The position numbers and the translations under genes were made by a program. From positions 93,161 through 125,160 of the forward strand of contig DATGGU010000012.1 of the NCBI GenBank assembly GCA_035308365.1: a stretch of DNA of 32,000 bases, given 5' to 3'. Every line of letters starts with the position of its first letter. Position 1 is the stretch's first letter. This DNA comes from Streptosporangiaceae bacterium. GTDB lineage: Bacteria > Actinomycetota > Actinomycetes > Streptosporangiales > Streptosporangiaceae. The notes beneath the pieces are model-generated. The model did no database searches. It saw only the letters and a program-made list of their open reading frames with translations, and was not told the origin of the DNA. Shown in pieces: positions 24,537 to 32,000 of this stretch.

Positions 24537-24917
24537 GTGGATGGAGGCGGCGATGAGCGGACAGAGCGCGGGCCGGTGGTGACCGCGTCGCGGCCGGCGA
24601 TCACCCCTGAGGTCGTGGCCAGGTTCTTCCGGGCGCTGAGCGATCCGACCAGGCTTCGCCTGCTGGAGTTCCTGCTCGACACCGAGCATACGGTGACCGA
24701 GTGCGTCGAACAGGTCGGCCTGTCCCAGGGCCGGGTGTCCACGCACCTCGCCTGCCTGGCCGACTGCTGCTACGTGCGGGCACGCCGCCAGGGCAGGTAC
24801 GCCTACTATAAGGTTTCCGACCCGCGGGTTGCCGATCTGGTGAAGCTGGCGAACGCCCTGGCTGCCGACAACGCCAGTGCACTGACCATATGCGAGCGCA
24901 TCGACGTCCGGATTTGA
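24537..24917 (+). CDS. ArsR/SmtB-family metal(loid)-responsive transcriptional repressor
   Basis: FRALSDPTRLRLLEFLLDTEHTVTECVEQVGLSQGRVSTHLACLADCCYV is a classic ArsR wHTH with a Cys cluster. The start may be GTG at 24576 or 24579 instead. Confidence 0.8.
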   Translation: MDGGGDERTERGPVVTASRPAITPEVVARFFRALSDPTRLRLLEFLLDTEHTVTECVEQVGLSQGRVSTHLACLADCCYVRARRQGRYAYYKVSDPRVADLVKLANALAADNASALTICERIDVRI

Positions 24918-25007
24918 CCCGCGAAGCGATCAAAGACCCGTTCAAAACGATCATGGAACCAGGTTCTGGCCTTCGGCAGACGCTGGTCATCACATATTTG
25001 AAAGGGC

Positions 25008-25988
25008 TTAACGCAGGTCTTCTCCGGCGGCCAGGTGGGACCTGAACCAGGCGATGGTCGCCTGCAGGCCCTTTTCGACGGGAGTTTCCGCCTCCCAGCC
25101 AAGCAGATTCTGGGCCAGGCTGATGTCGGGACGGCGCACCCGTGGATCGTCGACCGGGCGCTCGATGAACTCGATGGGCACGTCGGTGCCGGTCATCTCC
25201 CGGATCCGCTGGGCGAGACCGAGAATGCTCATCTCCTCGGGATTGCCGATATTCACCGGGCCGGGATGCCCGGAGGCGGCCAGCGCCAGAATTCCCCGGA
25301 CGGTGTCGTCTACATAGCATAGTGAGCGGGTCTGGCTGCCGTCCCCGGCGACCGTGATCGGTTCCCCGGCGAGAGCCTGGCGGATGAACGTGGGAATCGC
25401 CCGGCCATCGTTGGGCCGCATCCGCGGGCCGAACGAGTTGAAGATCCGCACTATGGCGGTGTTCACCTGGCCACTGGTCCGGTACGCGGTGGTCAGCGCT
25501 TCGGCATAGCGCTTGGCCTCGTCGTACACGCCGCGCGGGCCGATCGGGTTGACATTCCCCCAGTATGTCTCCTGCTGCGGATGCTCCAGTGGGTCCCCAT
25601 ACACCTCGGAGGTGGACGCGAGCACGAACCTGGCCTTCTTCTCCCGGGCCAGGCCGAGGGCGTGCAGCGTCCCCAGGCTGCCGACCTTCAGGGTGTGAAT
25701 TGGCAGCCGCAGGTAATCGACCGGTGAGGCCGGTGAGGCGAAATGCAGTACGAGGTCGACGTCACCAGGAACATGGATATAGTCGGTCACATCGCAGCGG
25801 ACCAGCCTGAATTGTACATCTGGCAGCAGGTGCGCGACGTTGTCCGGCATTCCGGTGAGGAAATTGTCCAGGCAGACGACCTGGACGCCATGCGTCAGCA
25901 GGCTCTCGCACAGATGGGAGCCGAGGAAACCCGCGCCACCCGTGACGACCGCTCGCCGGAATTTTCCGGGCGAAGGAGAAGTGGTCAT
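25008..25988 (-). CDS. UDP-glucuronate decarboxylase (UXS-type SDR, NAD-dependent epimerase/dehydratase)
   Basis: [12 protein letters not shown]ossmann motif, STSEVYG, YDEAKR catalytic motif and the [10 protein letters not shown] segment typical of UXS. Confidence 0.85.
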   Translation of the reverse strand: MTTSPSPGKFRRAVVTGGAGFLGSHLCESLLTHGVQVVCLDNFLTGMPDNVAHLLPDVQFRLVRCDVTDYIHVPGDVDLVLHFASPASPVDYLRLPIHTLKVGSLGTLHALGLAREKKARFVLASTSEVYGDPLEHPQQETYWGNVNPIGPRGVYDEAKRYAEALTTAYRTSGQVNTAIVRIFNSFGPRMRPNDGRAIPTFIRQALAGEPITVAGDGSQTRSLCYVDDTVRGILALAASGHPGPVNIGNPEEMSILGLAQRIREMTGTDVPIEFIERPVDDPRVRRPDISLAQNLLGWEAETPVEKGLQATIAWFRSHLAAGEDLR

Positions 25989-26248
25989 AGCAGAGTCTCC
26001 ATGTCGTACTCTCGGTCGCTTGTCATATACCGCCTGGATCGCCGATGTGCCCGGATAGCATAACTAACTTTCGCCGCCGGGCGTGAGCCCTGGCGACAAA
26101 TTGCCATCCGCAAGTATATAACCCGGCGATTCGTACACCATCTCCCTTTGTGGCTTTCGCCGGAGCGCACAGTTAGTATGAGCGGAGCGTGATCAGCTTC
26201 ATGATCGTTAACAGTTGACGTGGTCCGGTCCTGCCGGGGAGGAATGCT

Positions 26249-27286
26249 GTGGTGTATGCGGGTCGGCGGCTGACCCAGTTCAGCAGCGGCGCTGGTTGAG
26301 CCTGTAAGTTCGCGCCCAGCGAACTGGCGCAGGTTCTGCGCTCCATGACACCTGTGGTTCATCCGGATCTGATCGTCGGCACCGAGACCGGTGACGACGC
26401 GGCGGTCTGGCGGATCAGCGACGACCGCGCGCTGGTGGCGACCGCCGACTTCATCACGCCGATCGTCGACGACCCCCGGACCTGGGGCAAGATCGCGGCC
26501 ACCAACTCGGTCTCCGATGTCTACGCGATGGGCGGGCGGCCACTGTTCGCGCTCAACCTGGTCGGCTGGAACAGCAGCGAGCTGCCCACCGAGCTGCTCG
26601 GCGAGGTGCTCTCCGGCGCGGCCGAGGTCGGTGCCGAGTGCGGGTTCGTGGCCATCGGCGGGCACACGGTCGAGGATCCCGAGCCCAAGTTCGGCCTGGT
26701 CGTGATCGGTGAGGTGGATCCTGCCCGGGTGCTCACCAACAGCGGGCTGCGCGACGGGGACGACCTGGTGCTGACGAAACGGCTCGGCACCGGCATCGTC
26801 GCCACGGCGATCAAGCAGGCGGTGGCGCCGGATCCGGTCGCGTCGGCGGCCATCGAGTCGATGACGACGCCGAACGCGCGAGCCGCGGCGGTCGCGGTGG
26901 CGGCCGGTGCCACCGGCTGCACCGACGTCACCGGGTTCGGGCTGCTCGGCCACCTGAGCCGGATGGCCGAGGCGTCCGGCGTCGACGTCGAACTCGACGT
27001 CTCGGCGGTGGCCCTGCTGCCCGGCGTGGCTGAGCTCGCGGAGAAGGACATGGTGCCCGGCGGCTCCCGGCGCAACCTCGCCTGGGTCCGTGACCGGCTG
27101 GATCCCGGTGACGCTCCGGAGCTCACGCAGCTCATCCTGGCTGACGCCCAGACGTCGGGCGGCATGTTGTTCGGCGTCGAGCCGGGCCGTGCACCTGGTG
27201 TGGTCGCCGAGATAACCGCGGCCGGTGTGCCGGCCGCCGTGGTCGGCCGCGCGAGCAGTGGGACCGGCCGCGTCCGGCTGCGCTGA
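26249..27286 (+). CDS. selD: Selenide, water dikinase (selenophosphate synthetase) with an in-frame TGA read as selenocysteine at 26297-26299
   Basis: The track ORF (26345..27286) is clearly SelD (DDAAVWR, TADFITPIVDDPRTWGKIAATNSVSDVYAMGG, TDVTGFGLLGHL, QTSGGML). The same frame upstream reads V(V)YAGRRLTQFSSGAG-TGA-ACKFAPSELAQVLRS. This matches E. coli [24 protein letters not shown] with TGA at the Cys17 position. GTG at 26249/26252 follows GGGGAGGAA. Confidence 0.85.
26301..26333 (+). promoter_or_regulatory. SECIS-like hairpin immediately downstream of the selD UGA
   Basis: CCTG-TA-AGTTCGC-GCCCA-GCGAACT-GGCG-CAGG. The inner stem is 7 bp and perfect (26307-26313 / 26319-26325) with a 5-nt loop. 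The outer stem is 4 bp. It starts 2 nt after the TGA. Confidence 0.5.
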
Positions 27287-27298
27287 CCGGAGGGGCCT

Positions 27299-27314
27299 CC
27301 TGCGCTGACGCGCA
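27299..27314 (+). terminator. Hairpin after the selD stop
   Basis: CTGCGC-TGAC-GCGCAG followed by AGTTTCC, starting 13 nt after the stop. The stem is short, so confidence is low. Confidence 0.3.
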
Positions 27315-27503
27315 GAGTTTCCGGCGCTGGGGTGGACGGATGGGTTTGCCTGAGCGCCGAGCGGAAAGATGCGTTCCGTGACGTCGCCTCCGCCACCACT
27401 GGCAGACCATCAACCTGTTCTGGCAGACACACTGCGGCAGACCGAATATGGCGGACACAATACTGGGGAACGGACAGGAAGATCCGGGCCAAAGGTGGGT
27501 GTC

Positions 27504-28493
27504 ATGAGGTTGCGGGCAGGCGTGGCGATCGACTTGGGCACGGTCAACACGCTTGTCTGGATTGCCGGGCGCGGGATCGTGGTCGAGGAACCATCGGCGG
27601 TCGCCATCGACCGGGCCAGCGGTAGGGTGGCCGCCGCCGGCCGCCAGGCGGATGCACTGGCCGGTAAGGAGCCCCAGGACGTCGAGGTGATCCATCCGCT
27701 GCGGGACGGGGTCATCGCCGACCTGGGCGCGGCCGTGGCCATGCTGCAGGCATTCGTGCGGCGGGCCAAGCTGCGGCGCAGCTTGCTGAAGCCGTCGGCC
27801 GTGGTCTGCGTGCCCAGCGGCGCCACCGACGTGGAGCGGCAATCCCTGGTCGCGGCGGCGGCATCGACCCGGCCGCGGTGCTCCGTGCGGCTGGTCGACG
27901 AGCCGGTCGCCGCGGCGGCAGGAGCCGGGCTTGACCTCACCGAGGGAACCGGGGCGTTCATCGTCGACATCGGCGGCGGGACCACCGAAGCCGCGGTGGT
28001 GGCCGGTGGGCACCTGGTCCGGGCCCAGTCGCTGCGGATCGGCGGCAACGCCATGGACGAGGCGATCGTGGACGCGGTCAAGGCCGAGTTCGGCCTGCTG
28101 CTCGGCCGCGACGCCGCCCGCAGCCTGAAGATGACGCTGGGCCTGGCAGGCGCGGCCGGATCGGCCGAAACCGTTGGCATCGACGCGGCCCGCCGCACCC
28201 CGCGCATCGAACAGGTGCCGGCGAAGCTGGTGGCGAAGGCGCTCGAGCGGCCGGTCGGGATCATCATCGATTCGGTGCAGGAGATGATGTCGGACATCCC
28301 GCCGAACCTCGCCGAAGACGTGGTGCGCGGGAAGGTCCGCCTCGCCGGGGGCGGTTCCCTGCTGCCCGGCCTGGCCGACCGGATCGAAGCGGCCGCGCGC
28401 ATCCCGGCCTTCGTCGTGGATGACCCACTGCGCTGCGTGGTCCGCGGTGCGGCCGAGATCCTCGAGCACAAGGACGACACTGCCAAGGGCTGA
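27504..28493 (+). CDS. mreB: MreB/Mbl-family actin-like protein
   Basis: IDLGTVNTLVW, HPLRDGVIAD, LVDEPVAAAAGAGLD, FIVDIGGGTTE and LAGGGSLLPGL. ATG at 27504 follows AAAGGTGGG. Confidence 0.8.
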   Translation: MRLRAGVAIDLGTVNTLVWIAGRGIVVEEPSAVAIDRASGRVAAAGRQADALAGKEPQDVEVIHPLRDGVIADLGAAVAMLQAFVRRAKLRRSLLKPSAVVCVPSGATDVERQSLVAAAASTRPRCSVRLVDEPVAAAAGAGLDLTEGTGAFIVDIGGGTTEAAVVAGGHLVRAQSLRIGGNAMDEAIVDAVKAEFGLLLGRDAARSLKMTLGLAGAAGSAETVGIDAARRTPRIEQVPAKLVAKALERPVGIIIDSVQEMMSDIPPNLAEDVVRGKVRLAGGGSLLPGLADRIEAAARIPAFVVDDPLRCVVRGAAEILEHKDDTAKG

Positions 28494-28513
28494 GATCGGC
28501 GGCCAGCCGCGTC

Positions 28514-29230
28514 ATGACTGACGGGATCGTGCACGTCTGGCTGATCCACCTGGATCTGCCGGACCCACTCATGGCAGGCTGCGCGGCCGTGCTCGACCGC
28601 ACCGAGCGGGAGCGCGCCGCGGCGCTGACCCATCCCGCGGGCAGGGACCGGTTCGTCGCGGCCCATGGCGCCGTGCGCCTGATCCTGAGCGGGCACCTGG
28701 GCGTCCCGCCGGGCCGGATCGCCTGGCAGCGCGGCCCCAAGGGCAAGCCGGAACTAGCCGGAGCCGGGGCCGGGGCCGGTGGCGTGCGGGTCAGCATCTC
28801 TCGTTCCGGCAGGCTCGCGGCGCTGGCCATCGCCGCCGGCCGGCCCGTGGGGGTTGACCTGCAGCAGTTCCCGGCCGCCCTGGATCCGTGCCGGATGGCC
28901 GAGCGGTTCTACCCGCCGGATGAAGCCAGGTTCGTCGCGGCCGGCCGGGCCGGGGCACAGCTCGGCCGCTTCATCAGGCTCTGGGCCCGCAAGGAGGCCT
29001 GCGTCAAGGTGGGTGGCGGCGTGCTCATGCAGGGCCTCCGGTTGCACGTGAACGGCCGCGGCAGCGTCGTGGTGACCGACCCCGGCGGCCCGCTTCCCGG
29101 CCCTTACCTGGTCCAGGACGTCCCGGCGCCGCAGCGGTTCGGCGCCGCCGTCGCGGCCGGCGGAACGGCCGGCTACGAAGTGGCCCGGCACTGGTGGCCG
29201 GCCCGCGTTACCGCTTCCCGGCGGGCTTGA
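28514..29230 (+). CDS. Sfp-type 4'-phosphopantetheinyl transferase
   Basis: VGVDLQ (Mg site), GKPEL and the FIRLWARKEACVK (W/FxxKEAxxK) motif. Confidence 0.8.
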   Translation: MTDGIVHVWLIHLDLPDPLMAGCAAVLDRTERERAAALTHPAGRDRFVAAHGAVRLILSGHLGVPPGRIAWQRGPKGKPELAGAGAGAGGVRVSISRSGRLAALAIAAGRPVGVDLQQFPAALDPCRMAERFYPPDEARFVAAGRAGAQLGRFIRLWARKEACVKVGGGVLMQGLRLHVNGRGSVVVTDPGGPLPGPYLVQDVPAPQRFGAAVAAGGTAGYEVARHWWPARVTASRRA

Positions 29231-29241
29231 GGATACCTCCG

Positions 29242-29733
29242 TCAGAGCAGTTTGGGCTGCTGGAAGTACGGGGTGGACTCGCGGTTGAAGAGGAGCATGA
29301 TCGCTCCGGCCCCGACCAGCCACACCGCGACCGCGACGATCACCGTCCCGATGTCGTGCACCTGGACGAACGAGCCGAACAGGTTCAGCGTATTGATGCC
29401 GAAGAACACCGCCGAGACGATCCGCGCCCAGTTCCGCCCGCGGCGGTTCGCCCAGGCCATCCACAGCCACAGGCCCACCGCGACCAGCCCGGAGAGCACG
29501 TCGGTGGCGATGAAGCCGACCTCCGCCGTGTGCACCTGCGACGAGCTGTAGTGCGGGTACTTCGCCAGGATCGCTGCCCTGAGCCCGCCGATGGTCGCCA
29601 AAGTGACGATCACGACGATCGCGCTGAGCCCGGCACCGACGTACATGAGCTTGACGGCGTTGAGCACCGAACGTGGTGGCTGCATCCCCGCAGGATTCTG
29701 CGGGCTGGCCGATGTGGGGTACCGCTCGTACAT
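29242..29733 (-). CDS. Hypothetical membrane protein
   Basis: Four hydrophobic helices. ATG at 29733 lies 5 nt after AAGGGAG. I recognised no family. Confidence 0.55.
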   Translation of the reverse strand: MYERYPTSASPQNPAGMQPPRSVLNAVKLMYVGAGLSAIVVIVTLATIGGLRAAILAKYPHYSSSQVHTAEVGFIATDVLSGLVAVGLWLWMAWANRRGRNWARIVSAVFFGINTLNLFGSFVQVHDIGTVIVAVAVWLVGAGAIMLLFNRESTPYFQQPKLL

Positions 29734-29799
29734 CGCTGCTCCCTTGAGTGTTCCCAAGGATATTAGTCAAGGGCTTTTTGACGGTGTCAGGAACCGTGG

Positions 29800-30519
29800 T
29801 TACGAACCTCGCGACTCGCCGGGAGTTACCTGCCGGGGGAGCGGCTGGCCGTCGACGGGCCGGTTCAGCTGGTCATTCCAGCGATCCAGCTCCCCATCGT
29901 CCATGATCTGGAAGATGAACAGCGCCCGCATGGCTTCGAGCAGGTCCTGTGTGTCGGCCTGGAGCGGGCGCGGCCGGGCCAGCCCGTTGAGCAGGAAGCC
30001 GTTGACCATGGCCACGAAGGCACCGGCCGCCTGGGCCGGCCGGCGTGCGCCCAGCGCGGCCAGCGTGACGTAGGCCAGCCGCTCGAAGGTGTCCAGCGCC
30101 TCGGTGACGCTGTGCTGCAACGCCGGGTTGCGGGCCGCCTCCAGGAAGACCTCGAACTGGGCGATCGTCGAGTCCCGGTCACGGGCCAGCAGCGCCTTGA
30201 CGAACCGCCTGGCGACCTGTTCCGCTGTGCGCGAGCCGTCCGCTGCCGCCTCCGCCAGCTTGGTCAGCTCGCTCACCCGTTCGGCCACGTGGCGGCGGAG
30301 CGCTTCCTCGGTCAGCTGCTGGATCGACTCGAAGTAATAGGTGGTCGCGGCCAGCGGCACCTGGGCGCGAGCCGCGACCGCCCGGTGCGTGACGGAGCGA
30401 ACGCCGCCCTCGGCGATCAGGGCGACCGCGGCGCGCACCAGCGCGTCCCGCCGGATCCGGCTTCGCTCCTGCAACGGCTCGCGATCCTGTGGTGGCACGG
30501 CGGATGTGACCATTGACAC
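29800..30519 (-). CDS. TetR-family transcriptional regulator
   Basis: The N-terminal HTH is RIRRDALVRAAVALIAEGGVRSVTHRAVAARAQVPLAATTYYFES. Confidence 0.85.
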   Translation of the reverse strand: MSMVTSAVPPQDREPLQERSRIRRDALVRAAVALIAEGGVRSVTHRAVAARAQVPLAATTYYFESIQQLTEEALRRHVAERVSELTKLAEAAADGSRTAEQVARRFVKALLARDRDSTIAQFEVFLEAARNPALQHSVTEALDTFERLAYVTLAALGARRPAQAAGAFVAMVNGFLLNGLARPRPLQADTQDLLEAMRALFIFQIMDDGELDRWNDQLNRPVDGQPLPRQVTPGESRGS

Positions 30520-30695
30520 ACCCTACCCAGAGTTGTACCCCCGTCCCAATTTTAAAAGTGGTGCAAAAGTACTAATTCGCTCAGCAGGTCGCCGCCATGC
30601 CGTGGTCCGGCCAGACAATCCAGACAGCCGGTCTCGGCCGGCCGCCTGCCGGGCCGGTGCCGTGGTTGTAGCAACGCCGAGCCAAAAGTGCGGAT

Positions 30696-30712
30696 GTTGC
30701 CGTTGCGGCAAC
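30696..30712 (-). terminator. Hairpin downstream of the secreted-protein gene
   Basis: GTTGCCG-TTG-CGGCAAC (7-bp stem), 32 nt past the stop at 30744 on the minus strand. Confidence 0.35.
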
Positions 30713-30743
30713 GTCGGCCAAAGGCGAAATACCGGTTGGAATG

Positions 30744-31433
30744 CTAACTCTGAGGGGCGATCTTTTCCAGTTCCTTGTTTGCGCGTACGTCAACTGCGGC
30801 GCAGTACTTCCGGTAGATGCTCATGTAGGTGGCGATGTGCTTGAAACTGAAATTTCCCACACAGTCGGCGCCGCCGTCATACAGCGTCTGGGTGTAGATG
30901 TTGCCGCCGAGCCGGTAGGTGACCCGCAGCCCGGCTACCCAGTAGTCGGTGTTCAACCGAGAGCCCAGCACTCCGTATTCGATCATGTCGGGCATTGGGC
31001 CGTAGCGCCGCAGGCTGCTGCTCCGCGTCTTCCAGGGAAGCACGGTATAGCCGCGCAGCGGCAGCAGCCGCCAGGTGCGGGACGGTGAATTCCCTTTCCA
31101 GATAGGCCAGCCCCGGGCGGACGTCAGCAGGTCGTTGTGCTCGGGCAAGACACCAGCATGCACCAGCCGGGGCGTTGGGTAACCGGGCAATGGGACCAGG
31201 GCGATGCTTTCCAGGGTGACCGGGACTGAGCCGGTGTTCTGCACCTGCATCGGAAAGTCGGCGACCAGGCCGGGCGGGCTGCCGATGCCACCGTAGGACA
31301 GCCCGCCACCGTTAGTTAGGACGTTCCCGCCGGGATCCTGGGTGGCCGCCAGGGCGATCGCCACGGTGGCCGCCAGAACACCCCCGGCCCCCACCGCAGC
31401 GAACCCCCATCGCCGGCCTGGCAGCTTCACCAC
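30744..31433 (-). CDS. Hypothetical secreted protein
   Basis: Signal-peptide-like N-terminus (RRWGFAAVGAGGVLAATVAIALAATQ). Coding-type GC3. I recognised no family. Confidence 0.5.
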   Translation of the reverse strand: MVKLPGRRWGFAAVGAGGVLAATVAIALAATQDPGGNVLTNGGGLSYGGIGSPPGLVADFPMQVQNTGSVPVTLESIALVPLPGYPTPRLVHAGVLPEHNDLLTSARGWPIWKGNSPSRTWRLLPLRGYTVLPWKTRSSSLRRYGPMPDMIEYGVLGSRLNTDYWVAGLRVTYRLGGNIYTQTLYDGGADCVGNFSFKHIATYMSIYRKYCAAVDVRANKELEKIAPQS

Positions 31434-31457
31434 TTGGCCCTCGCGGCAGGGAGGCGG

Positions 31458-31834
31458 TTAAAGATCACCGTCATAATAGACCGTTGAGTCCTGTACGGGA
31501 TATTTGTTGCCGCAGACGTCTGTTTCGACCCGCTGTTTGCGGACGTCGATCGGGACGGTGCGCCCGCCGCTTGCATTGATGTCCAGGTGGATTCTGTTCT
31601 TGATCGTTTACCCTCGGGCACGACCTGGAACCAGATGCGTGGGCCGTGGCCATCCGGGTCCCGGATCCGGTCCGGGCCGCCGCCGAGTTCTTCTTCGGGG
31701 ACTCCTACTTCGCGCCAGTAATCGTCCCAGCTCGGGAAGCCGGGCGGCGCTAACCACCCAACAGCGGCAGCCCTCGGCCCGGCCTCGCGTGCGGACAGCA
31801 TTCCAGAAGACTGTGACAATGGGCTCATGTCCAC
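31458..31834 (-). pseudogene. Frameshifted VOC/glyoxalase-like-domain gene remnant
   Basis: One frame reads ...FPSWDDYWREVGVPEEELGGGPDRIRDPDGHGPRIWFQVVPEGK. The family-typical continuation TIKNRIHLDINASGGRTVPIDVRKQRVE is in another frame. The switch occurs at GAGGGTAAACG near 31606-31616 and looks like a 1-nt deletion. The N-terminus also looks degraded. Confidence 0.5.
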
Positions 31835-32000
31835 TGGCGCGCAGCCCGTTCGCAGCGCTCACCCGGGCACCGCGCGGAGCCAGGGCGGTCCGCGTAAGGA
31901 GCTGGCCGACCTGCTGAAGTCCCGGCGGGACCGGCTGACGCCCGCTGACGTGGGGCTGCCCGAGGGCACCCGGCGCCGTACCGCGGGGCTGCGCCGGGAA
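31827..32000 (+). CDS. XRE/MmyB-like HTH transcriptional regulator, N-terminal part (runs off the window)
   Basis: From ATG at 31827 it reads MSTGAQPV...RKELADLLKSRRDRLTPADVGLPEGTRRRTAGLRRE. This is the stereotyped N-terminus of actinobacterial XRE/MmyB-like regulators. The frame is open to the window end. Confidence 0.6.
   Translation, partial: MSTGAQPVRSAHPGTARSQGGPRKELADLLKSRRDRLTPADVGLPEGTRRRTAGLRRE

Noticed and set aside
25985-26953. 322-aa minus-strand ORF spanning the selD 5' region
   Set aside because: It is antisense to selD and runs through the AT-richer intergenic region, with no motifs.
27132-28696. 445-aa and 428-aa minus-strand ORFs
   Set aside because: They are antisense shadows of the mreB-like and PPTase genes.
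26249-29230. selD, mreB-like and PPTase as one functional unit
   Set aside because: A 217-nt gap with a hairpin and repeat array separates selD from the mreB-like gene. I see no sequence-level reason to link cytoskeletal or PPTase functions to selenium, so I kept this as a neighbourhood note only.
1-32000. Mobile-element boundaries (transposase, integrase, tRNA-adjacent att sites, terminal inverted repeats)
   Set aside because: None were recognised. The only sign of flux is one decayed gene at 31.5-31.8 kb, so a horizontal-transfer claim is not supported from this window alone.

Overview
High-GC (roughly 70%) actinobacterial-type chromosomal window with about 30 protein-coding genes. I found no rRNA, tRNA, CRISPR array, transposase or integrase. 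It reads as an accessory island centred on selenium and metal(loid) chemistry. (1) 1.9-10.5 kb holds a diterpenoid-type terpene gene set: polyprenyl synthase, SHC-like class II cyclase, UbiA-family enzyme and P450. It is wrapped around a divergently transcribed senA-senB-like pair (EgtB/OvoA-family C-S/C-Se bond-forming enzyme plus SenB-like glycosyltransferase), with an ArsR-rhodanese fusion regulator alongside. (2) 10.7-16.2 kb is a co-directional run of PLP decarboxylase, MFS transporter, MGT-type and GT8 glycosyltransferases and a membrane protein, partly joined by ATGA overlaps. (3) 16.3-21.3 kb is a putative operon that I rank as the best candidate for an undescribed system. It encodes a small membrane protein, a SAM methyltransferase, a single-polypeptide HgcA+HgcB-like corrinoid/ferredoxin membrane protein (NVWCA cap-helix motif), a P1B ATPase with a TPC motif and no N-terminal metal-binding domain, and a MerB-like C-metal lyase. 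There is no merA, merR or merT. (4) At 26.2-27.3 kb, selD has its true N-terminus hidden from the ORF track. The catalytic Cys17-equivalent codon is an in-frame TGA (selenocysteine), followed by a SECIS-like hairpin. Other content: an adenylate-forming enzyme fused to a LuxR-type HTH, a second ArsR, UDP-glucuronate decarboxylase, an MreB-like protein, a PPTase, a TetR regulator, a frameshifted VOC pseudogene, and several intergenic repeats and hairpins. Many long ORFs in the track are antisense shadows typical of high-GC DNA. All functional calls come from motif-level reading of the translations; no database search was run.
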